Shown: one piece after another, positions 19,962 to 28,358 of the stretch
Layout of the letters: each line of letters opens with the position of its first letter
How positions within the stretch are numbered: position 1 is the stretch's first letter
Source of the DNA: a virus
Taxonomy: Duplodnaviria > Caudoviricetes
IMG/VR virus record: IMGVR_UViG_3300044766_000063
Span: 1-53,982 of that record
DNA: 53,982 nucleotides
Reading direction: 5' to 3' (one strand)
Program-made: the position numbers and the translations under genes
The notes under the pieces: model-generated
What the model was told of the DNA's origin: nothing
The model's database searches: none
The model's input: only the letters and a program-made list of their open reading frames with translations

Positions 19962-20319
19962 CATCACGATCACCACGGTTCCGCAGGAGCAACAAAGATA
20001 TAGCACTGCCGGTGATTACTTCACTGATGAACCGTTGCATGTGACGATCCGTGTTTCAGACCTTGGTAATCCGAGGTATGAATTCCTGATTGCGTTGCAT
20101 GAAATTGTGGAAATGTTCCTGTGTCATGACCGTGGTGTGGGTGAAGACATGGTGGATAAATTCGACCTCGCTTGGCAAGGCGAAGGTGAACCCGGCGATG
20201 ATCTTGAATCTCCTTATTTCAGAGAACACCAATTTGCCACAATCATTGAAAGACTGATGGCCTTTGAACTGGGTGTTGACTGGCAAACCTATAACAAACG
20301 TCTGGATGAAATAATCTGA
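19954..20319 (+). CDS. Hypothetical protein, possible metal-binding hydrolase
   Basis: LIALHEIVE...GEPGDD..PY..EHQFATIIE; overlaps the ATP-grasp stop. Confidence 0.6.
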   Translation: MIDITITTVPQEQQRYSTAGDYFTDEPLHVTIRVSDLGNPRYEFLIALHEIVEMFLCHDRGVGEDMVDKFDLAWQGEGEPGDDLESPYFREHQFATIIERLMAFELGVDWQTYNKRLDEII

Positions 20320-20339
20320 ACGTTCTCTTCGATTAAACA

Positions 20340-20362
20340 AAGCCGCCTAGTGCGGCTTTTTT
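20340..20362 (+). terminator. Rho-independent terminator
   Basis: AAGCCGC-ctagt-GCGGCTT followed by a T tract. Confidence 0.75.
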
Positions 20363-20384
20363 GTTGTCTGTAGAAAGGTAAATC

Positions 20385-22091
20385 ATGGCAGCTTTTCTCT
20401 CTCCGATCTTTGGTGCAGGGGCGCAGTTATTCAACAATCAGGGGATCGTTCTTTCTGGCGGGAAGATTTACACCTATCAGGCCGGTACGACAACTGCCCA
20501 AACAAGTTGGACTGACTCTACTCAGGTCGTGGCAAATGCCAATCCGATCATTCTGGATAGTGCGGGCCGTCCTACCTCTGAAATCTGGTTGTTGTCCGGT
20601 CAGCCTTATAAATTTATCCTGACTGACTCAAACAATAATACGCTGGGGACATGGGATAACGTCTCTGGTGTGAATGATGTGAGCTTTACTGCCGCGGTAT
20701 CCGAGTGGCAGGCTTCATCTTTAACGCCAACTTATGTCAGTGCAACTTCGTTTTCTGTACCTGGCAATAACGTTGCAATGTTTCAAACCAATCGCAGGGT
20801 TCAGATCACCGTCACTGCGGGTACGATTTATGGCTACATTGTTTCTTCAGTTTTCAGTACGGTAACGACGGTCGTTATTCAGCCGGATTCGACAAGTCTT
20901 GATTCGGGTATCTCTGTTGTTAATCTCGGTCTTCTAACGGTTACTCATCCCTCGGTGCCGCAAGAATATCCGGCATTTAATGCACCCGTAAACGTTTCTT
21001 CCGCCACTTCGCCTACGCCAATCGGTGCTGCATTGTCTGCGAACGTTACGATCACGGGGACAACGACTATTACGGCGTTTGATAACGTAATCGCCGGGAT
21101 TATCAGGTTTGCCAAATTTTCCGGCATTCTGACGCTGACATATAACGGCACAAGCTTGATTCTGCCGACTACCGCCAATATCACGACTGCGGCAAATGAT
21201 GAGGCGGTCTTTCGTTCACTTGGGTCTGGTAACTGGGAATGCATAAGTTATAACCGGGCTTCCGGCTATGCATTCTTTTCAGACTTTGCTGCTTCGATTC
21301 AAACAAACGCAACTGCCGTAACTCAGGCCGGTCAGGACAACAGCACAAAAATCGCCACGACTGCTTATGTTGATCAACAACATGACGCCCAGATATTTTC
21401 TGCGAACGGTACTTGGACAAAACCTGCATGGGTTATGCCTAATGCCACTGTCCGGGTTGAAATGTGGGGTGGTGGAGGTGGTGGTGGTGCAGGCTCTGGT
21501 GGAGGTGGTGGTGCTTATGCTTGTCGAACTTTTAAAGCTTCTGATTTAGCTGCTACGGAAGCTGTTGTTGTTGGTGCGGGTTCGGCTGCGAATAGCGGTC
21601 TTGCGGGTGGAAATACTTCGTTTAGTAGTGGAACAAAATTAATCACTGCTTATGGTGGTGGTGGTGGTGCTGCATCGAACTTTGGTGCGGGTGGTGGCGG
21701 CGGGGCTTATGGCGCAGGCACAAGCGGTTCTGGAACTACTGATGGTGTTGGTGGTGCCGGGTATTCTACCAGTGGCGTAGCTACGGCTGCTGGCGGGATT
21801 GGGGTTGGGGATGCAGGAGCAAGCGGTTTAGGTACTGGCGCTGCTGGCGCTGGCTTGCCTGCCTTTATGGGCGGCGGAAGTGGTGTACATGGAAATGTGG
21901 CAGCCGCAGGCGGGTTTTCCACTTATGGTGGAGCGGGTGGTGGTCAAACAAGTGCCGGTCTTTCATTATACGGTGGCAATGGCGGATCAAGCGGTGTTGC
22001 TGGCAGTATCCCTGGTGGCGGTGGCGGGACGAACGGTTCAAGTACTGGCACAAACGGTGCGCGTGGCGAAGTCCGTATCTATATCTTCTGA
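20385..22091 (+). CDS. Tail fibre / tailspike with glycine-rich C-terminal domain
   Basis: N-term GGKIYTYQAGTT...NPIILDSAGR anchor; DNSTKIATTAYV fibre motif; poly-Gly C-terminal domain. Confidence 0.85.
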   Translation: MAAFLSPIFGAGAQLFNNQGIVLSGGKIYTYQAGTTTAQTSWTDSTQVVANANPIILDSAGRPTSEIWLLSGQPYKFILTDSNNNTLGTWDNVSGVNDVSFTAAVSEWQASSLTPTYVSATSFSVPGNNVAMFQTNRRVQITVTAGTIYGYIVSSVFSTVTTVVIQPDSTSLDSGISVVNLGLLTVTHPSVPQEYPAFNAPVNVSSATSPTPIGAALSANVTITGTTTITAFDNVIAGIIRFAKFSGILTLTYNGTSLILPTTANITTAANDEAVFRSLGSGNWECISYNRASGYAFFSDFAASIQTNATAVTQAGQDNSTKIATTAYVDQQHDAQIFSANGTWTKPAWVMPNATVRVEMWGGGGGGGAGSGGGGGAYACRTFKASDLAATEAVVVGAGSAANSGLAGGNTSFSSGTKLITAYGGGGGAASNFGAGGGGGAYGAGTSGSGTTDGVGGAGYSTSGVATAAGGIGVGDAGASGLGTGAAGAGLPAFMGGGSGVHGNVAAAGGFSTYGGAGGGQTSAGLSLYGGNGGSSGVAGSIPGGGGGTNGSSTGTNGARGEVRIYIF

Positions 22092-22525
22092 TGAATTCCG
22101 CCCCAATCTCTTCCGGCTGGGGTGATGCTAAATCCGGCCCTGTTCAAATCTGGGCGTTATGGTTTCAAAATGTCTGGAACATTCTTAACGCTGCCGTTGT
22201 CGGTAACGATACCTACGTCACTACAACCAACATAACCCATGGCGGGACTTTAACCAAGTCCATGATGATCACAAAAGTCGGTCGTCAAGTTACGGTTGTT
22301 CTGGCTTATTCGGATACGGTCTCGACTTCCTCAACAATCGGCGTAACCACTTTTTCTCTTCCTTACGTTCCTCTTGCAATCTCTGTTGGTGCCGCGATCA
22401 ATGCGACTACCCATGCTTCTTTGGGAAGTGGTTATGTCGCTACCGATGGGAAGCTCTATCCACCAACTTCCACAACAGGTGCGGGACAATCTGTTGTGAT
22501 GACTGTGACTTATTTTTCTACTTAG
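22091..22525 (+). CDS. Putative tail-associated protein
   Basis: TGATG coupling to the fibre gene; WALWF N-terminal helix and beta-rich C-terminus. Confidence 0.5.
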   Translation: MNSAPISSGWGDAKSGPVQIWALWFQNVWNILNAAVVGNDTYVTTTNITHGGTLTKSMMITKVGRQVTVVLAYSDTVSTSSTIGVTTFSLPYVPLAISVGAAINATTHASLGSGYVATDGKLYPPTSTTGAGQSVVMTVTYFST

Positions 22526-22526
22526 T

Positions 22527-22943
22527 ATGGACGCTATCCTTACCCGTGTGCCCTCGACAGAGCAGGGTACGTTCGGTACGTTTGTCCTTGAAGATGGCAC
22601 AGCTTATCACTCGTTGGAATTGCCATGGCGATCCAATATGAATGGCGTGAGTTGTATTCCGCCAGGTGAATATATCTGTCACTGGATTTTTTCACCCAAG
22701 CACGGGGAGTGTTATCAGGTAATGAATGTGGCAGAAAGAGACATGATCGAAATCCACAGTGCAAACTTTGCCGGTGATGCAAGCAAGGGTTATCTTTCCC
22801 AGTTGATGGGCTGCATTGCTTTGGGAATGTCTGTGGGTGTTTTGAACGGACAGCTTGCTGTGTTGAACAGTAAGGGCGCAATCAGGGACTTTGAAGAGAG
22901 ACAAAACCAGCAGGATTTTAAACTGACGATCAGGGAGAAATGA
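22527..22943 (+). CDS. DUF5675-family protein, putative endolysin
   Basis: GTFG...SLELPW..N...SCIPPGEY, IEIHSAN and GCIALG; first gene of the lysis cassette. Confidence 0.75.
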   Translation: MDAILTRVPSTEQGTFGTFVLEDGTAYHSLELPWRSNMNGVSCIPPGEYICHWIFSPKHGECYQVMNVAERDMIEIHSANFAGDASKGYLSQLMGCIALGMSVGVLNGQLAVLNSKGAIRDFEERQNQQDFKLTIREK

Positions 22944-23251
22944 TGGACTCTTTTTTGGGCATGGACTTTGATGCTTTGATCGTTGGTCTCATGGCGGCTA
23001 CGTTTACGACATTCTGGCTTCAGACGGTTGATAATCTTCCCAAGGCGGCTTCTGCAATTCTTTTTTCTGCAATGCTGGCTAGTTTTGGCGGGCCTGTTGC
23101 TTCAGTTTATCTTATTTCTCAATTCGCAAGTCTTACTCAAGCATCCAGTACGTTGCCTTTGCTTGCCGCCGTGATTATCGGCGGATCGGTGACCTGGGCT
23201 TTCCCGGTTCTAATCAATTTTGTCCGTAACAAGTGGGGGAATAATGCATAG
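22940..23251 (+). CDS. Putative holin
   Basis: Three hydrophobic segments and a basic C-terminus, next to the endolysin. Confidence 0.65.
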   Translation: MMDSFLGMDFDALIVGLMAATFTTFWLQTVDNLPKAASAILFSAMLASFGGPVASVYLISQFASLTQASSTLPLLAAVIIGGSVTWAFPVLINFVRNKWGNNA

Positions 23252-23498
23252 TCCATTCATTATCGGCGTGGAAATCTTTTGTGCTGCCATTATCCTTTTT
23301 CGTTCAATCCAGATCGCTGCAAAGCTGGACTGGAAAAGCTGGAAAGGCCATCCACTTCAGTTTGTGGGTAACAGTATTTGCTATCCTTTTCTGGCCGGGG
23401 GAGCTTTGGGGGTTTTGCTGGATCGGACAGGTGGATTCGTTTTATTGTTGGTCGGGATCATGCTCATGATCCTGTCTGATAGACGGAGAGCAAGGTGA
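23244..23498 (+). CDS. Membrane protein (holin or antiholin candidate)
   Basis: Hydrophobic segments and DRRRAR C-terminus within the lysis cassette. Confidence 0.55.
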   Translation: MHSPFIIGVEIFCAAIILFRSIQIAAKLDWKSWKGHPLQFVGNSICYPFLAGGALGVLLDRTGGFVLLLVGIMLMILSDRRRAR

Positions 23499-23899
23499 TT
23501 CAAAAGATTGGCTTGTACCTGGCCGCTGTAGCGATTCTTTGTCTTGCTTTATGGTATGGCTATCACAAGATCGAACAGAAAGGCTATGACCGTGCCCAGA
23601 AAGAACTGCAAGTAGCAAATCTGGAACTGGCGATTGCCTATGCCAATCGTTTGACCAAAGCGGAAGGGGAGAGGGATGCAAACCAAACTGTTATTGATCG
23701 TCTTGCTGCTGAGTCTCACAGGGTGCAAATCCATATCCCCGTCTGTCCAAACGCCCAAAATTCAGACGGAACAGCCGGGTTACTTTCTAAGCGAGTGGAC
23801 GAAAGCTTTAGAAATCTTCAGGAACGAGGTACAGTTCTCTTCGAGCGATGCGAAGCATTGAATGCGGATGCGATCAAGGTTAATGCAGTGAGTCAATGA
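23495..23899 (+). CDS. Inner-membrane spanin (Rz-like)
   Basis: N-terminal TM followed by coiled coil; contains an embedded lipoprotein ORF. Confidence 0.75.
   Translation: MIQKIGLYLAAVAILCLALWYGYHKIEQKGYDRAQKELQVANLELAIAYANRLTKAEGERDANQTVIDRLAAESHRVQIHIPVCPNAQNSDGTAGLLSKRVDESFRNLQERGTVLFERCEALNADAIKVNAVSQ
23676..23861 (+). CDS. Outer-membrane spanin lipoprotein (Rz1-like), embedded in +1 frame
   Basis: Signal peptide MQTKLLLIVLLLSLTG-C with lipobox LTGC; purine-rich RBS. Confidence 0.75.
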   Translation: MQTKLLLIVLLLSLTGCKSISPSVQTPKIQTEQPGYFLSEWTKALEIFRNEVQFSSSDAKH

Positions 23900-24042
23900 G
23901 CTTCTTGAATTCGTTTAAGTGCCCACCAGCATAGGCCGCATGATATGGCGTTTATCAAACATAAAATTTCTTTTTCTGCGAAGGCATTTCCAAGCATAAG
24001 CCAGATATTGAACCATAATGCAAATCGTATTAAATTCTTCAT
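23893..24042 (-). CDS. Small membrane protein (49 aa)
   Basis: MKNLIRFALWFNIWLMLG...; start overlaps the upstream stop. Confidence 0.4.
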   Translation of the reverse strand: MKNLIRFALWFNIWLMLGNAFAEKEILCLINAISCGLCWWALKRIQEAH

Positions 24043-24455
24043 TAATGCCGTAACGCAATATTGACGGAATCTTCCTGTTGCTGACTCGCCGCTCTTACAT
24101 GCGCTTCGTAATTAGCAATCTGTTCCGGTGTCATGTCTTCGGGGCAGTATTCAAACATCAATGAGTCAATCATCGCTTGTTGCCTCTTAATTGTGACTGT
24201 CATTTCTTTTGTGAATGACAGCATTTCTTTCAATATTCTTGCTTGCTCATTCGCCACGTCAAACATTTTTTCCAAATAATCGCCATCTGTTTCTTTTGAT
24301 AATCTCATTGGCAGACTGCCAATGGAAGTACCAACCCACCAAGCGGAAATCGCCGGATAGACAAACATCATTACCTTATAAGGCAGCAGAAAGACCGCAA
24401 ATATCCAAACCAGAAGCAGTGAAGCCATCACGCCGAACGCATCAATTTTATTCAT
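24042..24455 (-). CDS. Membrane protein
   Basis: Two N-terminal TMs; AAGGAG RBS. Confidence 0.6.
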   Translation of the reverse strand: MNKIDAFGVMASLLLVWIFAVFLLPYKVMMFVYPAISAWWVGTSIGSLPMRLSKETDGDYLEKMFDVANEQARILKEMLSFTKEMTVTIKRQQAMIDSLMFEYCPEDMTPEQIANYEAHVRAASQQQEDSVNIALRH

Positions 24456-24465
24456 CCCGTTCTCC

Positions 24466-24600
24466 TTAACTATTTCTGAACCAATCCCTGAAGGCTGCTT
24501 CTTCCCTGCGTGATTGCCTGTAGCTATAGAACATCATAATCAAATTTGGAAAAAGCCACCCAACCAACACGCCAGCCATAAAAATAATCCAATTACTCAT
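24466..24600 (-). CDS. Small membrane protein (44 aa)
   Basis: MSNWIIFMAGVLVGWLF...; ATGA coupling, AAGGA RBS. Confidence 0.45.
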   Translation of the reverse strand: MSNWIIFMAGVLVGWLFPNLIMMFYSYRQSRREEAAFRDWFRNS

Positions 24601-24797
24601 AATTTTCCTTTCAAAATAAAGATCGCTTTAATGATCCGATAAAAATATTCAGTCGCAACAAGAAATAAAAGGAATCCAAGAAATCCGGTGATAGTATGGA
24701 AATCCTGAACCGAATAAGCCCAATAAATGAAATAGCAACTCCATGCCCGTAACTGGGCGAAGGCGAAATCTCTGGCGGTTGCCCGATCAAGCTTCAC
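24597..24797 (-). CDS. Small membrane protein
   Basis: Two hydrophobic segments; overlaps both neighbours. Confidence 0.5.
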   Translation of the reverse strand: MKLDRATARDFAFAQLRAWSCYFIYWAYSVQDFHTITGFLGFLLFLVATEYFYRIIKAIFILKGKL

Positions 24798-25354
24798 TCA
24801 AAAAATTCCCGAATATCACCAAACTTGCAGTTCGCCCCAATAAACAAAAATCCCTGAATCATATTCAGATCGCTCATATTAAAATATGGCACTTTTGCAC
24901 CCGGATTATTTTTGATGTCGCAAGGAATAGGATCATCTGCAACGCTGATGTGTGATCTGCAAATAAGCGGACGTACTTCATAGATGCTGCATTCCTTGTT
25001 TACAAGAAACGGGCAAACTTTGCCGGTATATTTTTTCACCATTTCTTCTCTGCTGTCTTCTTCGGGATTATATCCGTCAAAACTGGCAATCTTTTTGCCT
25101 GTCACCTTGGCTATCTGCGCTGCCTCCCATGAAGAAATAGCGATCATCTGATAACAACAATGGGAGCAACCTTTTTTGCATGGCGCAAGAGGTGTAACCA
25201 TTGCCGCAAGTTCATCGGTTATCTCCAACATGCGTTTTGCCCGCCAATCCAGATTTCTGGGTAAATCCAGAAGGCGCATTGCTTCCATCATTAATTGCTG
25301 AAATCGAGCGCCATGTTTTTCTTTAACGCTATCGGCTCTTTGTTCTGGTGTCAT
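24794..25354 (-). CDS. YkgJ-family cysteine-cluster (Fe-S or Zn) protein
   Basis: CKKGCSHCC...CPFL...CSIYEVRPLICR. Confidence 0.85.
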   Translation of the reverse strand: MTPEQRADSVKEKHGARFQQLMMEAMRLLDLPRNLDWRAKRMLEITDELAAMVTPLAPCKKGCSHCCYQMIAISSWEAAQIAKVTGKKIASFDGYNPEEDSREEMVKKYTGKVCPFLVNKECSIYEVRPLICRSHISVADDPIPCDIKNNPGAKVPYFNMSDLNMIQGFLFIGANCKFGDIREFFE

Positions 25355-25752
25355 TTCATCCCCTCAGCCAATCTTTTAGCATCCTTCGCACTCATCCCGG
25401 CATATCCCACAAAAATCGAATCAGGTCTTGGTAATTCAATCCCAATCGGCCTCCATAAATGCAGGCAGTACGGATGATTGTTCACGTAATTACTCTTTGG
25501 CGGATGGTACTGAACAACACAGTCTGTATCGTCCCAGAAGATGTCTTTCACCTGGCACATTTCTTCCCAAGTAGGACAGCGATCTACGCGGGAAACTGAG
25601 ACATGCTGCCAGCCCATTCCTTCAGATGCAATTACATTTAATTTTTGCCTGTGGCGGACAATACATATAAATGCGCCATTGTTCCCGTAACGCTCATCGG
25701 TTGCTGCCAAGCCCTTTCGGACACGGAATTTCTCAGGTACGTGAAAAGTCAT
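25351..25752 (-). CDS. Conserved phage protein
   Basis: WQHVSVS..RCPTWEEMCQVKDIFW...YVNNHPYCLHLW, a widespread phage family. Confidence 0.75.
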   Translation of the reverse strand: MTFHVPEKFRVRKGLAATDERYGNNGAFICIVRHRQKLNVIASEGMGWQHVSVSRVDRCPTWEEMCQVKDIFWDDTDCVVQYHPPKSNYVNNHPYCLHLWRPIGIELPRPDSIFVGYAGMSAKDAKRLAEGMK

Positions 25753-25839
25753 GCAATTTCCTTAAAATTGAGCTTGACGTAGGGTTATAAGATATTGCAT
25801 TCTATTGTATAGCGCAAGGCTAATTCTTTTGGAGCATCT

Positions 25840-26271
25840 ATGGTGAATTATTACAAACTGGATGGCAAAGAGATTGTTCAATGCCGGGACATGATGGAGT
25901 GGGCCAACTGGTATGAGACTGCTTGTACTACCGGGGTGCGGCATGTTGCGCTGGATTTTATTTGCGGGATCAGAGTTTCTACCGTTTTTCTCGGGTTGGA
26001 TCATAATTTTTCCATGAGCGGTAGGCCGGTCTTGTTTGAGACGATGACGTTTATTGGGCGTTACAATGAAGCACAGTACAGATATTGTACTTATGAAGAT
26101 GCCGAAGCTGGGCACAAAGAAATTATCAAAGACATAAAACGTCACCCTTGGAGCTTAATTGCGTTGCCTTGGTTGAGATATATCTGGATGAGAATTGTGC
26201 TGCCGCGATTGCAAGCTGTAATCAATAAAATATGGGAACTGCGTGACAAGATCAAATCGAGAATCCAATGA
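25840..26271 (+). CDS. Conserved phage protein
   Basis: VSTVFLGLDH...LFETM motif; GGAG RBS. Confidence 0.65.
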   Translation: MVNYYKLDGKEIVQCRDMMEWANWYETACTTGVRHVALDFICGIRVSTVFLGLDHNFSMSGRPVLFETMTFIGRYNEAQYRYCTYEDAEAGHKEIIKDIKRHPWSLIALPWLRYIWMRIVLPRLQAVINKIWELRDKIKSRIQ

Positions 26272-26492
26272 CTCTCCCAATATGGACGATTTACGATCAT
26301 CCAAGTGATTACCCAGATTACTTCATTGCCCGGAAATGGTTGGTCGGATCAAAAAAGAATGAGCCTGAAGCAACGGATGAGGTGATTGCCCGAGCTACAT
26401 TGGATGAGGTGCGCGACTCATTGCCGCCTGGTCTGTATTGTATTGGCCGGAAAGTGGGCGATGATCCGGTTATTGTTGAAGTGTGGCTTTGA
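26268..26492 (+). CDS. Conserved small phage protein
   Basis: WTIYDHPSDYP...DDPVIVEVWL; ATGA coupling. Confidence 0.65.
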   Translation: MTLPIWTIYDHPSDYPDYFIARKWLVGSKKNEPEATDEVIARATLDEVRDSLPPGLYCIGRKVGDDPVIVEVWL

Positions 26493-26700
26493 AAAAAGGT
26501 GTCTATGTGTAATGCAAATATTGCGATTTGGCTTTTGTTGGTATGTTCATTTGCCTTTATGGTTTTGAACGTTTATTTATTTTTTAAGCTACACAAGATA
26601 CACGCTGAAATGTTGGCGCTTTTGGATTCATGGAAAGAGAATTAATGCAAAAACAAGAACTGAAAGTCGGCATTGATCAGTTCGCACAGTACGTGGTCTT

Positions 26701-26943
26701 TCATAGTTGGCCCCATGGCGTTAATTTATAGCAGTCATCGCAAACGATCAGACATTCGGTTAAATCAAAACCATTCTGTTCTGCTTCAGCCCGAGCTTCT
26801 TCATCTTTCCAATCATCGGAAAAAGCGAAAATCCCGCCGCACATTGCGCAACGGTATTCTCCGTCTTGTACTTCAGCGTCCGGGTATTTCAATGCCGTCT
26901 TATATGCCAAAGCTTGTATGAAATCGTCAGGAATTTTAGTCAT
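26701..26943 (-). CDS. Zn-ribbon-like protein
   Basis: CAMC and CDDC pairs; ATGA coupling. Confidence 0.55.
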   Translation of the reverse strand: MTKIPDDFIQALAYKTALKYPDAEVQDGEYRCAMCGGIFAFSDDWKDEEARAEAEQNGFDLTECLIVCDDCYKLTPWGQL

Positions 26944-27161
26944 TCGTACATCCTCTTAAACGTATCACTCCGCACCCATCGCTTTGAGACATTGTTCAGC
27001 ACCATATTGCCAGGTGCCAGTTGGTTGTATAGCTGAAAGTCTCGCGTTACCGTAGCTCCACCGATCCCAAAGTAATCTTCCAGTTCAGCACGGCCTACAG
27101 CGCCATAGTGAGCAAGCAGGAAGTCGATCATTCTGAGGCGTTGTTCGAGGGCGTAGTTCAT
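26940..27161 (-). CDS. Stand-alone BrxR/CapW-like winged HTH protein
   Basis: RLRMIDFLL...GRAELEDYFG...TRDFQLYNQLAPGN...F; no WYL domain follows. Confidence 0.7.
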   Translation of the reverse strand: MNYALEQRLRMIDFLLAHYGAVGRAELEDYFGIGGATVTRDFQLYNQLAPGNMVLNNVSKRWVRSDTFKRMYE

Positions 27162-27403
27162 TTGATCCGCTCTACGCAAATCAAATAACGAATATCTCCT
27201 GACGTGGCAGCACTTACGGCTGTAAAAAGCTCTGTCTTGAATTTGCGCTTCTTCAGTGTTGCAGGACGACGACTGATCGGCGCATTCATGGTTCGCATAT
27301 CATTTGGATATTGTTCAAGGCCGGTTTCCTCGTAACGTCTTTCGCCAAGCTCAAAGGATTCAAGCCAGCCATTCCAGCTATTCTTTCTTGCAACTTTACC
27401 CAT
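27158..27403 (-). CDS. Hypothetical protein
   Basis: Coupled to both neighbours. Confidence 0.55.
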   Translation of the reverse strand: MGKVARKNSWNGWLESFELGERRYEETGLEQYPNDMRTMNAPISRRPATLKKRKFKTELFTAVSAATSGDIRYLICVERIK

Positions 27404-28218
27404 TATATTTCCCTTCTTAACTCCATCGCCCTTACCTGAGAGCATCCAAGAAACTCACGGATGCCCCTGACTGACTTTTGGCACTCCCCAGCAGTAACAG
27501 CACCCCGTAACATCGTAACAATATCCGTTACTGGTTGAGTAACGCAAGTAGTACCGTTACTTAACGGTGTAATAACGGTAGACTCGCGGCGCATTGCCTC
27601 ATACCAGAGCAGGGCACCAATAAGCTCAAGCAGGACAGAGAACGTCAGGCCGATGGCTACAGCTACCTGAGACTCGTTCCAGCCCGTTACTGCGGCCAAA
27701 CGGGCTGTTACTGGATCAGTAACGGGGATATTGGCGACAGTAACAACGGCTGAAAGCCTTGCCAGATCGTCGAGCAGCACTTGAGCGCGTTTGCCTTCAG
27801 CGATTTCAGCCCTCAAAGCAGCTCTTTCCCGGCGATCCTCAGACAAGGCCAGTTCAGCCGTCACAGTAGCGATAGGGCGTGCCGCAATACGGCTCAGAGC
27901 GTCTTTGGCCGTGTCGATCTGTCTCTGGGTGCCCACGGCCAAGGCTGACTGCTGGGCACGGTTATCTGCGGCACGCTGGGCTGAATTGGTGAAAAACGTT
28001 AGATGGCCGTAAATCGCTCCCACAAGACATCCCATCCAGACCAGCCAAGTAACAGGACGGCGCGACATGGCTGGGAGTAGGTGGACGGCGACCACGATGA
28101 CGACTGACATGGCGACTAGGACGGCTTTATCGGCGAAAGTCCCACCCCGATCCCAAGCAGCGATTGCGGTCATGGTGACGGCGGTAGAAGTAACGAAAAT
28201 GGCGATGGGTTTGATCAT
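27403..28218 (-). CDS. Multi-TM coiled-coil protein with C-terminal HTH-like segment
   Basis: About four TMs and SVRGIREFLGCSQVRA; GGAGG RBS. Confidence 0.6.
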   Translation of the reverse strand: MIKPIAIFVTSTAVTMTAIAAWDRGGTFADKAVLVAMSVVIVVAVHLLPAMSRRPVTWLVWMGCLVGAIYGHLTFFTNSAQRAADNRAQQSALAVGTQRQIDTAKDALSRIAARPIATVTAELALSEDRRERAALRAEIAEGKRAQVLLDDLARLSAVVTVANIPVTDPVTARLAAVTGWNESQVAVAIGLTFSVLLELIGALLWYEAMRRESTVITPLSNGTTCVTQPVTDIVTMLRGAVTAGECQKSVRGIREFLGCSQVRAMELRREI

Positions 28219-28358
28219 ATTTCCTCCAGGTTTAATCTGTTCGTAGGGTATGTGATTATTTATTTCCCTTGCCAAACACTTTGGCGTCACCTACTATGCG
28301 CGCCGTTGTGACTTGGTGGTTTGGCAAAAAATATTTTATAGGTGTTGAAAATATTGTT

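Noticed and set aside
21465-22030. GGT-rich nucleotide repeats as a repeat element or DGR target
   Set aside because: Explained by poly-Gly coding in the tail fibre; no reverse transcriptase or template repeat seen
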